This document shows, in pieces, positions 29,891 to 45,840 of a DNA stretch of 64,000 nt; position 1 is the first letter of the stretch; the number at the start of each line of letters is the position of its first letter. A program made the translations under genes and the position numbers. The notes beneath the pieces were generated by a model. That model saw only the letters and a list, made by a program, of their open reading frames with translations. It was not told where the DNA came from and ran no database searches. Source of the DNA: the human T2T-CHM13v2.0 reference genome, Homo sapiens; the NCBI RefSeq assembly GCF_009914755.1, contig NC_060932.1; one strand, written 5' to 3'.

Positions 29891-31267
29891 GCTTTGGCCG
29901 GGACTCCCCCAGAGTTTACTACTAAATATGTAGTACCCATAGGACCCACTGTTTATGGGGAGCACCTGTTATCCCTATCTTGTGAGTGGAAAAGAAAAAT
30001 GGCTGAGCCATAGTGTTATAGTTTTTTGTTTTTAATAAAGAACTTTTGTTAATAAGGTGGCTGTGAAGCAGTGGAGCCAAATTTGATTCACTATACTCAA
30101 TAATCACAGGGAGCATGTGAGCATCCTCCTCTGTATCCAGTTCTAAGTGATTTTTATGGATGTATACCTTCCCCTCCATGACATAAAACACACACAAAAC
30201 ACAAACTAAAAACAGAGAGCAGGGTAAAGATAAAGCTTCCTCAGAAGCCTGGTGAATTTAAGACTTATTAGCTGTAATCATAGTTTTACAGACTGTTGTT
30301 TCTGCTTCTCCTTCTTTATCTTTCTCACCAAAGGAATATTCCTAATCAAAACGAGAACAACTATATCTTGGTCTTAACTTAGCAGGATCATACAAAGATA
30401 AATCCTGGAATAGTATCCAGGAGCCACTGCCATATATGTAACTAAAGATCCATGACTCCCTACAGCTTTGTAACAGGAGGAAACTATCTAGTGCATTGTA
30501 GATCATTTACACAATGGTCTCTTTCCCCACATTGCCCATGTCGTGATTAAGACATTCATGATACAATAAGTTTGACATCTGCCTACAGTGCCATCTGGCC
30601 ACAGACATCTAATCTCTTGGAGCCTGGGACTAAGGCAATGAGTCTAAGAAGGCAACCTCACTGCTGGCAAGATAGCAAATTATGATGCATACCTCCCCCA
30701 TCCCAAGTTTGGCTAGATTGACCTCCCTCAGCACGAGCCAGTTGGCACATACTAGAGAAGGGTAAGACAGAATAAACAGGCACTTTCAGGCTGGCCAAAC
30801 ATGGTATAAGGCTTGGACTCCAGCCCAGAGTTGCCAGAGCTGGTTAAGAAATGTTCAAGGACAGCAATTCCCCCCTCTTTTTTTTTTTAAAGAAGCAACT
30901 CTCCCTACTCTCACCTCTAGATTTTGCAGACTGTCTCAAACCCTAGAGATTCCTTTTTCAAAGAAACCGGTGATAGAAGTGACAGATATCTGGAAGTTCC
31001 AACCTGTTAAGAAATTCCTGTCTCAGGACAGGGAGGAGCGCCAAATTTAAATGTAAGCTTCTAGATTTCTCTTTATCGATGAAAATTAATAATTTCCTAT
31101 CACTTTTGAACAGTTCTTATACATTAAGAACTAACCCAGTTGCGGAATGAAAGGCTTCCATCCCCACACTCAAATGAAACAGATGGGAGGTCCCATGACT
31201 AATAGAGTAAGGAATTAGCTAGTGTGTAGGGAGGAAATTTCAGACCTGACTATACCTTAAAAGTCAT

Positions 31268-31399
31268 AATGTGACCACATAATTTATTGTCCAAACTCAG
31301 ACACTTCAAGGAATGAAAGGACATTATTAATACTGACACTAGGATAACAGAGATAAAGTAGGACTGTCCCAACACACTGGAACATAGAGTCACCCTACT
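31268..31399. mobile_element. MER96-like hAT-Tip100 MITE
   Basis: gtgaccacataatttattgtccaaac...ggactgtccc...gtcacccta. Confidence 0.55.
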
Positions 31400-32447
31400 A
31401 GAGGATATGTCATTCTCTATTTAAAATTCTTCAATGATTCCCCATCACTTTAGAATGAATTTTACACCACATTCTCATCCTTATTAACTTAGGGATATAC
31501 CTCAACTATAGTACCTATCAGACTAGATGAAGGCTGTTGATTTTATGTCTTCTCACACCCCACCCCCCTAAATAATGCTCTATTTTAACGTACGCCACAC
31601 AGTAGCGGCCAGTGAATATGGCAGCTGAACTAAATGGCTTGGTAAACTTCATGGTTGGTCATCCTCCATCCAACATAATGTCTTATAGCAGATTTTCCTC
31701 CACCCATGTGTCTTCCACCTATATTCCATGTTATCCAGTTGTCACTTCCTAGATACGTGACTTTCAGGCAAGTTATTTAACCTCCCAGTGCCTTCATTTA
31801 CTTGCCCATATAAAAGGATTAATAATTGTCTGTACTTCAAAGGAGTATTAGGAACACTGAATGAGTTAATACACACATACTGCTTTAAACAATACCTAGC
31901 ATTTAACACCCAGTAAGCTCTTTGAGGGCAGAAATCTTAGTCCCTTTTGATCATTGGCATATGCACATGCCAGGAACAATGCTTGGCAGAGCAAACACTC
32001 ATTAAGTATGCTGAAAGCTTAATGAACATATACTTCTTTCTTCTCTATTTTTCTCCAATCTCTTGCTTTACCCTAACAGTGCCACATCTTATATATCCCA
32101 CATTCTCCTGTCTCTCTTAACAAAAACCTGGCACAATGCTCTTAGATAACCATCAAACTTTATATGCCAGAAGACAGAACACTCTATCTGAAATAGATTA
32201 AATATTACTCCTGAGTTTCCTGCCCACCAGCGCTTGACTTTAAGTACAGACAATGACTAACAGAGAACAGTTAGTTTCCAGAGCTACTGTAGGTTGAGGT
32301 AAGGACTGGGAATGAAAAAAGATTACTACTACTTTGTGTTTTCACATCTAAGTAAGGAAGATACCTACACTGAGTATACACATTCAAACATACTGTACAC
32401 AAAGTTACAACTCCTATAAATCATAAACCATAATACAAAATGGCTTA

Positions 32448-32884
<437 letters not shown>

Positions 32885-33139
32885 CTGGAAGGGAAGAACA
32901 AAAATAAACAGGTTTAAATTAATGCTCAAAAGCAAAATAACTTGTTTATTAAATGTATGTCATTATAATTAACTACCATTTCTCATGGAAATATTCTGCT
33001 CCAGCATAGTGTTAAACTCCTTCTTAACTATATTATTTTATTTAATTCATATAGTAACCACAAAAGGTAACTTATATGATCTCATCTGTACAGATGGGAA
33101 AACTGGAACACAAAGAAGTCAAGTAAGTCACCTAGTACC

Positions 33140-33298
33140 GTGAAGCCCATTATGGTGGCCACTAGTCACACATGGCTACCTAGATCTAAATTAATAAAAA
33201 TTAAATACAATTTAAAATTCCATTAGTCAACCTACCTGTATTTTAAGTGTTTAATAGCTACTTGTAGCTAGTGGCTACCATACTGGACAGTGCTGCTC
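33140..33298. mobile_element. MER33/MER3-like hAT MITE
   Basis: ggtggccactagtcacacatggcta...gtagctagtggctaccatactggacagtgc. Confidence 0.65.
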
Positions 33299-33351
33299 TG
33301 CAAAGTGACACTGTCAAGACTTGGTCTTAGGTCTTTAGAGTCAGAAACCAT

Positions 33352-33667
<316 letters not shown>

Positions 33668-33687
33668 TGAGCCACACTGGCTTCTTT

Positions 33688-33726
33688 ATAGTACAGTATA
33701 GTATAGTATAGTACAGTATAGTATAG
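33688..33726. repeat. (TAGTA)n pentanucleotide repeat
   Basis: atagtacagtatagtatagtatagtacagtatagtatag. Confidence 0.85.
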
Positions 33727-33989
33727 ATTAATTTTAAAAATTAGTTGATTTTAAATTTCTGAACTTAAAAACCACAATTCAAAAATGCACTACATAAATT
33801 TACAATGTTAACACACAGAATAACATATTACTCGAAACACTGAACATAAAATGCAAAATAAACAAACCCCACACTCATGTTTATTAATGTGCTTGTGTGC
33901 TGATTGTTTTGTTTAGTAAACCTTGTTGTGACAGAAACCACAAATTTTATTAATAACCTCAATATTCCAAGCACTAGAACATGTTTTAT

Positions 33990-34021
<32 letters not shown>

Positions 34022-34031
34022 ACACATACAC
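33990..34031. repeat. (CA)n microsatellite
   Basis: Read directly. Confidence 0.95.
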
Positions 34032-35143
34032 TGAACTTCTTTAACAGATTAAACTCAGCATCTGAATGCAAATGTAAGTGCAATTTGAGAAAACTAAAAA
34101 AATTTCAAAACATAATACTGAATATACAATTTAAGCTTTATTCAACTATAGCTAGTAAGTTAATGTATCAATTCCTGAATTAATAAATCAGTAGAGGAGA
34201 AAGTGTGAAATGAAATACCCATGGCCAGTAACAAGAGTTATGACAGTTAACTCTGGCAAGGCTGTACTCCAACTCCTGACCATAGAGAAGTATACCAATT
34301 AGGGTCTCAAGTATCCCCAGGGTCCTCAGGCCCCTGGCACCACGAGGGCAGCTCCCCTAACACAGCCTATCATATTGTCTTTGTCTGTGTCCACTTTGTC
34401 CTTTCCTACAATTGCCTTAAGAACTTTTGGAGTAGAGGACATACTGTGAATTCACATTTAATTCATTCAAACTCACTTATAAAAAGTTGCCTGGCTCTAG
34501 CACCTTCAGTCCTCAAAAATATATAAGTACAAGGGCTTACAGCACCCTTCTCCTCAATGAATATACTTTGTAGAATGCAGTGCAATAGGAGATGCCAATT
34601 CACTATTCCTTCAACAGGTCTTAGCTGTGGCATCTCAACTTGCTGAGTCCAATTGTAGCATTTCAATACTTTTTTTTTTTTTTTAATAACATGGCCTTTA
34701 GCACAAGTCAACTTTTACATCTGGCACTCAGAGTGAATCTCTTCCTAAGGTGAAAGAAAAAATGGTTATATTACACTAGGAGATAGTCTCTGTCAGTATC
34801 CAGTGTGGCATTTGCCTAAGGATTTCATAAGAATAATTCTGACTACAAAGATATTTGGCAAATTGCTGTACCGTAAATGCCACAATTTACTAAAAAATTA
34901 TTCCCTTTGAGTGGGTTCTAGGGCTTAAGAAGAATGATCTGACCCTCCTTAGGTCCTTCTGAATTCCATTCAATTCAAAATTATCATAGCAAAACAATCA
35001 ATCAAATATGGTCTTTACCACATAGGTCACATTTTTGGTGAGAAAAAGGCAAGAAGAAGAATGAAATAAATAAGAACTACCACCATTTACTGACAAACAC
35101 TGTATTGAGTGTATTTGTAGCTCATTAAAAATTACTATAACCC

Positions 35144-35583
<440 letters not shown>

Positions 35584-35584
35584 A

Positions 35585-38500
35585 TTATCCAATCAAATGA
35601 CTGCATGGATTTTTAAAAACAATGACTGAATGGATTAGAAAGGCAAGACCCAACAATATGCCGCCTATGAAAAAGACTCACTTTAGCCTTAGGACACACA
35701 CAGACTGAGAATAAAGTGATGAAAAATGATAACCAAAAGAGAGCACGGATGACTATACTTCCATCAGACAAAATAGACTTTAGGTCAAAAACTGCAAAAA
35801 GAGACAAAGAAGCAAAGAAGGCCATTATTTTATGTCCTGTTTAAGAGAACAGAACAATTTTAAATATATATGCAGTCAATATTGGAGCACCTAAATATAT
35901 AAAGCAAATACTAATAGATCTGAAGGATGAGATCGACTGAAATACAATAATGGCAGAGGAATTCAAACTCCACGTTCAACAATGGACATATCATCCAGAC
36001 AGAAACAGTGGACTTGAACAACGCTTTAGACCAAATGGACCTAAAAGACATATAGAACATTCTATCCAACAGCAACTGAAATGAGTATTCCCCAGGATAT
36101 ATTATATGTTTGTCTACAAAATAAGTCTCTATGAATTTAAGACTGAAATGATACCAAATATCTTTTCTACTCGTAATGGAATGAAACCAGAAACCAGTAA
36201 CAGGAGGACTTTTGGGACGTTCACAAACACACAGAAATAAACAATATGCTCCTGAAAAACCAATTGGTCAAAGAAATTTAAAAAGAAAATAAAGATATCT
36301 TGAGACAAATGAAAATGGAAACATAACATACCATAACTTATGAGATGCATCAAAAGCAGTTCTAAAAGGGAAGTTTACAGCAATAAATGCCTGTATCAAA
36401 AGAGAGTAAAGATTTCAAATAAATTCAAGAAACTAGAGAAAAAAGAACCAGTTAAACCCCAATTAGCAGAAAGAATGAGATAAGATTCAGAACAGAAATA
36501 GATAAAATAGAAAACAGAAAGAAAACAGAAAAGATCAGTGAAACTAAGCGTTGGTTCTTTAAAAAGATAAACAAAACCAAAAAACCTTTAGCAACTAAGA
36601 AAAAAAGAAGGCTCTAACAATAAAGTCAGAAATGAAAGAGGAGATACCACAACTCAGAAGATATCACAGAAGTACAAAGGGTCATAAGAGACTATGAACA
36701 ATTATCCACCAACAAATTGGATAACCTAGAATAAATTCCTGGAAATGTACAACCTACCCAAGTTGAATCAAGAAGGAACAGAAAATCTGAACAAACCAAT
36801 AACAAGCAAGAAGACTGAATCAATAATTAAGAAATCTCCCATCAAAGAAAAGCTCAGCACCAGATGCCTCAAGGTGGAATTACGCCAAACATTTAAAGAA
36901 CTAATACCAATTCCTTCTCAAATCCTTCCAAAAAATCAAGTGAAGAGAATACCTACAAACTCCACTTACGAGGCCAGTATTGCTCTGATACTGAAGCTAG
37001 ATAAGGACACTACAAGAAAAGAAAAGAACAGGCTAATATCCCTGATGAACATATCTGCAAAAATCCTTAACAAAATACTAGCAAACCAAATTCAACAGAA
37101 CATTGAAAGGATCACTCACCACCAAGTGAGACTGATCCTTGGAATACAAGGATTGTTGAATATACACAAATCAATAATGTGATGGATGTACCATATTAAC
37201 AGAATGAGGACAAAAACCCTATGATCATTTCAATAGATGCAGAAAAAGCCGTTAACAAAAATTCAATATCCTTTCATAATAAAAACTCCCAATAAATTAG
37301 ACACAGAGGGAAGATACCTCAACATAATAAAGGCTATTATGAAAATCCCACAACAAACATACTCAATGATGAAAAGTTGAAAGGTTTTCCACGATCAGGA
37401 ATAAGGATTTCTATTCTTAACTACTTCTATTCAACACAGAACAAAATTCTAGCTGGAACAATTAAACAAGAAAAAAAAAATAAAGGGCATCTAAATAGGA
37501 AAGCAAAAATTGAAAATACCTATGTTAACTGATAACATAATCTTATATGCAGAAAATTGTAAAGACCCACCAAAAAACTATTAGAACTGCTAAACAAATC
37601 AGTAAAGTTGCAGGGTACAAAATCAACACATAAAAGTCAGTAGCATTTCTTTACACTAACAACAAATGATCTGAAAAAATAATTAAGAAATCAATCCCAT
37701 TTACAACAACATCAAAAAAAAAATACCTAAAAGTAAACTTTAACCCAGGAGGTGAAAGATTTGTATACTAAACACTATTAAATATTGAAAAAAAATGTAG
37801 AAAACACAAATAAATGGAAAGGTATTCCATATTCATGGACTCACAGAAATAATCGTTAAAATGTCTGTACTACCAACAGTGGTTTACAGATTCAACATAA
37901 TCTGTATTAAAATTCCAATGACATTTTTCACAAAAATAGGAAACAATCCTAAAATTTGTGAGGAATCATACAGGCAAAAAGAAGAAAACTAGAGGCCTCA
38001 CATTATCTGACTTCAAAATCTATTACAAAGCTATAGTAATCAAAGCAGCATGGTACTGACATAAAAACAGACACAATGACCAATCAAAGTAGATGGAGAG
38101 ACCAGAAAGAAACTTCACATATTTATGGTCAATTAATTTTCAACAAGGATACCAAGAACACACCATTAAGAAAGCACAGTCTCTTCAATAAGTGCTGCTG
38201 GGAAAACTGGATATCCACAAGCAGAAGAATGAAATTGAATCCTTATCTCACAACATATACAAAAATCAACTCAAAACAGATTAAAGATTTAAATATAAGA
38301 CCTGAAACTGTGTAACTATTAGAAGAAAACATAGGGGAAATGCTCCATTACATTAGTCTGGGCAAAGATTTCTTGGATATGATCCCAAAAGCACAGGCAA
38401 CAAAAGCAAAAATGAACAAATGAGACTGTATCAAACTAGAAAGCTTCTGTACAGTAAAGCTTTACTAATTGTTTACAAGCAGTAAAGTGAAGTGATAACA

Positions 38501-39118
38501 TATATTGAAAAAACAAAACAAAACAAAAAAACTGCAAACCATACATCCATACATCCGATAAAGGATTGCAACCCATACATCTGATAAGGGATTGCAAACC
38601 ATACATCTGATAAGGGATTAAGATTCAAAATATAAAATGAACTCAACTGAATAGCAAGAAAACAAATATGCCAATCAAAAAACAAACAAAAGACCTAATA
38701 ATTATCAAAAGAAGACATATAAACAGCCAACACATATGAAAAAATGGTCATCGCAGAAATGCAAATTAAAACCCAAAATGAGTTATCACTTTACACCTGT
38801 CAGAATGGCTATCATCAAAAAGACAAAAGATAACAAGTATTGGCAAGGTTGTAGAGAAAAGAGAACCCTTGTGAACTGTTGGTGGAAATGAAAATTAATA
38901 CAGCTTTATGAAAAACAGTATGGCTCCTCAGAAAACTAAAATCAGCATTATCTTATGATCCAGTCAGTAATCCCACTTCTGAGTCTATATCCAAAAAGAT
39001 TGAAATTAGTATGTCAAAGATATATCTGCATTCCCATGTTCACTGCAGCATTATTCACAATAGCCAAGATATGTAAGCAAGCTAGGTGTCCATCATCAGA
39101 GGAATGGGTAAAGAAAAT

Positions 39119-39168
<50 letters not shown>

Positions 39169-39780
39169 GGAATTTGAGAGAAAGAAGAAAAAGATAAATA
39201 TAGACTTACATTATATACATATAAAATCCATTTATATATATATAAATGGATTACTATTCAGCCTTTAAAAGAAGGGTAATTCTGTCATTTGCAATAACAT
39301 GTATGAACCTGTAAGACATTACACTAAGTCATAAGACATACTAAGACATAAGACAGGCATGGAAAGACAAACACTACATGATCTCACTCATGTGGAACCT
39401 AAAATGGTTAAACTTACAAAAGTAGAGCATAGAATGATGATTACCAGAGGCTGGGGCAGGAGGGTAGATGGGGGAAAGGAGAAATGCTGGTCAAAGGGCA
39501 TAAAGTTTCTGCTAGACAGGAGAAATACGCTTTAGTAATCTTTACAGAATGGTGACTATAATAAATCACAATGCACTGTGTTATCTGTGATTGCTGAAAC
39601 AATTATTGCTGAAACTGTAAATTGTAGATGTTTTCACCATACAAAATGATAGCTTTGAGAGGCAAATTTTTTAACTGGCCTGATTTAATCATTCCACACT
39701 GTAAACATATATTGAAACATCACATCGCACCCCATAAATATACAATTATTCTTTGCTAAAGATTAAATAGGATTTTAAGG
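35585..39780 (+). mobile_element. Decayed L1 (L1MA-like), ORF2 through 3'UTR, antisense to PCMTD1
   Basis: Endonuclease-region sequence at 35.6-36.1 kb. RT remnant YNLPKLNQE...YEASIALILK...ISLMNISAKILNKILANQIQQ (36745-37182). C-terminal remnant [10 protein letters not shown]...[12 protein letters not shown]. Many stops and frameshifts. Confidence 0.93.
39119..39166. repeat. (TG)n microsatellite within L1
   Basis: About 23 uninterrupted TG units. Confidence 0.95.
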
Positions 39781-41893
39781 AAAAACCAAAACTATAAAGA
39801 GAACTGTATTACTTGGTGTGGGGGGGTGTGGGAGAATGACACAGTTTACATAGTCAAAATACTATAAACATAATTCCTTATTTAGTTTTAATACTCGTTT
39901 AACCACACTGAGTGAGAGAGAAGAGGAAAAGAGGGGCATGGGAGCTAAAACCTTATCTATGATGACAGAAAGTAAATCTGTCCAAAAGTAATGAATAAAA
40001 AGGAAAAGCAGCATCTTAGTTAGCAATGTGTACATTAAATACCCTACAAAATGGCTATATGTGTTAAGTTCCTTCTGGAATGTGAGGCTGGGGGTGAAAA
40101 CAGGTGAAGCCAGGGACTGCTATGCTTTGGCATCAAGGTTTGCGGTATCTTTACAAACTGTGTTACATGTATTATTTGAACAAAATTGGCAAGTAAAGGT
40201 AAAATTAAAGGGGTTATAGAGAGAGCACAGATGAAGTATAATAAAGCCATATGGAAAATTTCCTAAGGAATAAAAATACATTTAATAAGACAGTCTAGGG
40301 CAGAAAAATAAAGATACAGAAAGAGAAGATTATTACATAAATAATAACTTAAACCACACCGAAGAGTTTCACAGATACAGCTCTTACCACATACATTATT
40401 GCTGAATGTGGAAACTGAATTATAAATTACCTTTTTATTATACTCACTGATTTGATGATAATGTGCCTTTGCAGAAAACATGAAAATAAAGTAAAATTAA
40501 AATTTTCATAATGCTAGCATTCAAAGAACCACTGTCATTATTAACTTTTAAGGAACTATATACTTCGTTTTTTTAAACATATGACTGGTATTATACTGTA
40601 TATATTGTTCAGGACTTTCACTTAATAAGCATTTCCTAATACCATGAGACATTCTTTCCAAATCCAGAAGTATGATATTCTACCACATGGATACAGCAGG
40701 ATGTAACCAATTCCCCCAATGTTAAGACTATGAATAATCAATATAATCAATATTAGAATTGATTATAATTGATGTACACTTGAGAAGCTCGTAAATCGAC
40801 GTCTGTAGTGAATACTGTGATAATTCAATAATAATCCTAACTTGAAATGTACAATTTTTTTTATGAAAGTAAAATAAACACTAATAAAAACCCAGTGTAG
40901 CATTAGGTCATCAGTGTCTGCCATTTGTTACTTCTAAGATAATCTCATTTCAATCATGGAAAAGTCAAATACAAGTCAAGAGGCCAAGGTGTAGCCACGG
41001 TTCCACAGATAACTTTGCTGTATTGATCCGGCCAAATCCCCAAAATGTCGTTTCCTCACCTGTGAAATAAAAAGGCTATATTCTGCAGCTCCTAAGGTCC
41101 CTCAGAGCTCTAATTTCCATGCTATTTCAGCATTGGTCAAATCTATAATTCAATATAATCAAGTTTTAGTTATCTAGTAATGGCTGCTGTCCATGCCTTG
41201 GCATTTCTGTTACTTCAGTCACAATTTTTACTGCCTCACTCCTGCCATTTTCTTTTCCACAAAGAAGAAACAATTTTAGGAGTGTTCAAGTCCTGCACTG
41301 AACAATAAAACCAAAATAAGGAATTTGAGAGAAAGACGAAAAAGGTAAATATAGAAAAAGATCAAGTGTAAGAACAGAATAAAAGGTTCAACAACTTAAG
41401 CAGTTACAGAGTTATGTCTGTTTGAGAAGGAAGTCATCATGTTTACTCATAAAACACAATTTCATTCCTTGGTATTTTTCTCTCTGCTGTGTGTTAGGTA
41501 AGGGCTGCAGAGAAAATAAAGGGTACACTCACATATACACACCTGAAACTATCTGCAAAGTGTTCCAAACGTTTCTTGCTATTATTCCAAAATTTAGAAT
41601 TGTGACTTAAATCTATTTAGGAAAGAACTGTCAAAGGCGCCATACAATATTATGGTGTCTCTTAGGCAGTTTAAGGATGCCTTCTGGAGGATTAAGCACT
41701 GACAAGTTAAAGGAGGTAGGAAGCAGACCAATGGCAGACAGATGTTGCAAGGTGGGAGGAGAACAAAATGAATGCTGACTCACTTTCCTTTCCTCCTAGC
41801 ACCCAGAGGGAAGCAGTCAACTGCTCCTTGCTGCTCCTTTCTCTGCAAAACTGAGGACTAAGCTCACCCAGCTCTAGAGGGAAGCTTACTCAC

Positions 41894-42036
41894 CAGTGAT
41901 CCAAAGGAAAACACACTATGTTTGAACAAAGAATGCTCCTCATGTCCTCAAAGCTCTTGTCATGGGATTCATGGACCAAGCCTGCTTTAAGTGCAGAGGC
42001 AACTATACAGTGAAAAAATTCTTCTCAGTGATGGGG
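41894..42036 (-). other. Candidate 143-nt non-coding 5'UTR cassette exon
   Basis: Acceptor tttatatttcatcatatctctttatcag|CCCC and donor CTG|gtgagt. Confidence 0.5.
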
Positions 42037-45000
42037 CTGATAAAGAGATATGATGAAATATAAATAAAGAATTATTAAAGAAAATAAATGGCTAAACTAA
42101 GGTTCACTACTCACTTGCCAAAAGCTGCAAAGAGCATCTACTTTACTCTATATTCAATGATGAATACAAATCTTAAATTTTGTTTAAGTAGTGATAACAT
42201 ATAGCAGCAATTTCCTATGTGCCTACTATATACCTAGCACTGTGCTCTAGTTCTTTACCATACTTCTATGAAGAGTCACAAGATCATATGAGAAGCTCAC
42301 AGACCTTGAATAACTGAAACACAACTCAAATCCTGTCTGTGAAGCTACGAAACCCTCTGACACAGAACAATTTGCTCAGAGGCTCCTGACGCATAATTCA
42401 AAACTAAACTTTTCATTAACTTTTAGCTGAAAAGATGTTCAATTCAGCTGTCTCCTACAATCTCCCATTTTTTCTTTTTCCTTTTAGTACTCTCAGCTTC
42501 AAAGGAAGAATGAAGCAGCAGGGGGCGGGCCGGGGTGAGCATCTGATGTCATTTATTGGTCGTGCAGCCTCAGGCAAATTACTTAATGGGGGATCTCCAG
42601 TTTCTTTATCTATAAAATGAAAATAATTACATCATAAATTTGTGATGATTAAATAGTACACTGAATATAAAGTTTCTAACATATAGCTGGTCCAATAATA
42701 CCAACTTTCTTTCATTTCTGTGACAGAAAGGGCACATTCTAAACTTTCATTTTTAAGCACAGAAGACTGGAAAGGGGAAACAAAAAAACACTGCTTCTCA
42801 AATCTAGCAAAGCTATCGCCTACTGACCTCCTTAAAGAGGAACTAAAGAGAGTGGAAATGGAAATCCTGAAGTGAGAGGTGTCTAAAAGAAAAACAGTCA
42901 AGGACAGTACATACAGAAGTCTGTGGAAGAAAACTTACATTCACACATAAGATGACTGCAAGAGAGAAGTTAAAGCGAAGAAAAGACAACACAGTTATCT
43001 TCTGCCATGCTCTGGGCCATCAACTGTGCTGAAGGGCTTAAATTAAGAGTAGCTGCCCTTCCGTGCTCACAGGGAGTCTCAGAAGGAAGGATGAGCTTAC
43101 CTGGGCTAAGACAGCAGTCAGATACCAAAACTCTTTGGTTTAATTCCATCTCACTAGCTAACTTTTGCCCTGGCTAATACTTTTTCCTCTAATAGAGCAT
43201 TTGTTACATAATTTAGCAAAAATTGTCTTGTAAAGTTTTCTTTGGTTCCACCTATCTTTTTTGTCCAGACTATAAACTCACTGAAGAGAAAAATAACATC
43301 TTATATTTAATATATTTATCACAGTTGCATGGTCTTAGCGAACGTCTAAGAAACAACTGTTGACTAAGTGTAAAAACACATGAAAGTTATAGTTTTCTAC
43401 TTTGGAAAGTCCTGTCAAATTTCAATGCTCCCAACGGCTACAGCAAAGTCGAAGTACATGAAGTATATGTTTTCTTCTATATTCTCTTGACTATCTTTCT
43501 TCCCCTACCCCTCCAATTCAATACTACATATAATTTTTTAAAAAGAAGCTCTCTTGGAAACATCCACATTACACATTTTGATACATGGTGAGTTTTAAGA
43601 TGCCTATATTCACAGATGTAGCTTCCAACTTCCTCCACATCCTTTTAATTTTCATATTCCACTTGGCTTGGAAACAGTGTGAACTCCAAGATAGAGAAAC
43701 AGTAGATGGTAGTTCTATGACAGTTTTAGCGTATAATATTTGAAGTGATAAAGTAATATATAAAACTTTAAAGGACAAGATATGAGGTTCATCTAGCTGA
43801 AATTTTATTATTTTGAAAGTTATAGGACTTTATGGATCCCCAAAGCCTTTCCTCCTCTCCCTTTTACTCAACACAAGACTTTTTCAAACCTATATTACCA
43901 CACGTATCTCCCTAAACACAACTGCCTATTACCAACACCCTCTACATGCAAAGATCCACATATCTTTCAGCTAACAAAATTAATCCTCAGGGAATAATGG
44001 CCTCAGATTTAAGGATTACTGCTTAGTATTATCTGGATTTTTCAAGAAACAGAAGTGCTACACTAACCATCCTTAACACTTTTTAAAATATACATCCTTA
44101 TGGGAACTGCAGCCTAGAAAAACCTTTAAAACAAGTTGTTCACCTCCTCTAACTCAGGAAAAGTCTATAAACAAAAATATGTTCATTAACTGCCAATAGT
44201 TCTTAGGATGTGTACTAAGATCAACAGGGAAGCATGATTGAAAAAAACAACACACATTTTCAGCTCCTCCTGGGTCAGGATTTCATAGTGGGGCTTATTT
44301 TATTTGAAAAGCTATGAATTTATAAAGAACAATATTCGAATATAAGAATATTCCAAAGCAAAAATGCACAACTGGGGACTACTCATCGCTTCAGATGATC
44401 TGTATCTGTTACCTTCCATGAATATACCATAAACCAAAACATGAGCTCATATCAAATGTACTCTTTCCATATATTAATGTACTGTGGAATGCAAAACTGG
44501 CCTTGTCACACTATATGATTTTAAGTCATTATCTTTTCTGGCTTTGGTTTTTTCACCTGCAAAATAAAGTCATTAATTCAAATTATCTCAATGATTCCTT
44601 TAAGAACTTTCAAAAAATCTAAGCATATTTACTTATTTACAAAGACATACACAGGTTAACTACAAAGTTTTTGGACGTATAAAATGGCATCTTTCCAAAG
44701 TCCAAAATGCTAATTTTATCTACGGATGAACACAAGTGAAAGCTATATAAAACAAAATAGCTAAAGTATTATCCATAAGTTTTCAAAGCACTTTAACATC
44801 ATTTCATACAATTTCTTAAGTACCATAGGAATAGAGGCAGGATGCAAAGTATTACCTGCACCATAAAAATAAAAACAGACTGAGAAAGAGTAAATTACTT
44901 GTTCTGGATTTCCCATACAATAAAGGGATATTTCAATCTTATTCATAAATCTTATGCACTACTAAAAATATTGTAAGAAGAAACCATAACAAAAAAAGTC

Positions 45001-45182
45001 TGAGACCCCTGAGAAATGCACACTTAAAAAATGATACTATAGTTTAATTTCATTTACTGGAGCAAATTATTCTATCCCTACTTTTCTGAATGAACCAGAG
45101 AAAGTTTAATCAATTCTTGAAAATATACTGTCATCATCAAATCATAGTAATGGTATAGGCTCTAAAGTGCTTGGAGGGTTAC

Positions 45183-45840
<658 letters not shown>

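Noticed and set aside
36745-38315. Reverse-transcriptase-like ORFs as a novel retroelement or active gene
   Set aside because: They are fragments of a frameshifted old L1 ORF2 with a degenerate catalytic motif and no ORF1 or promoter.
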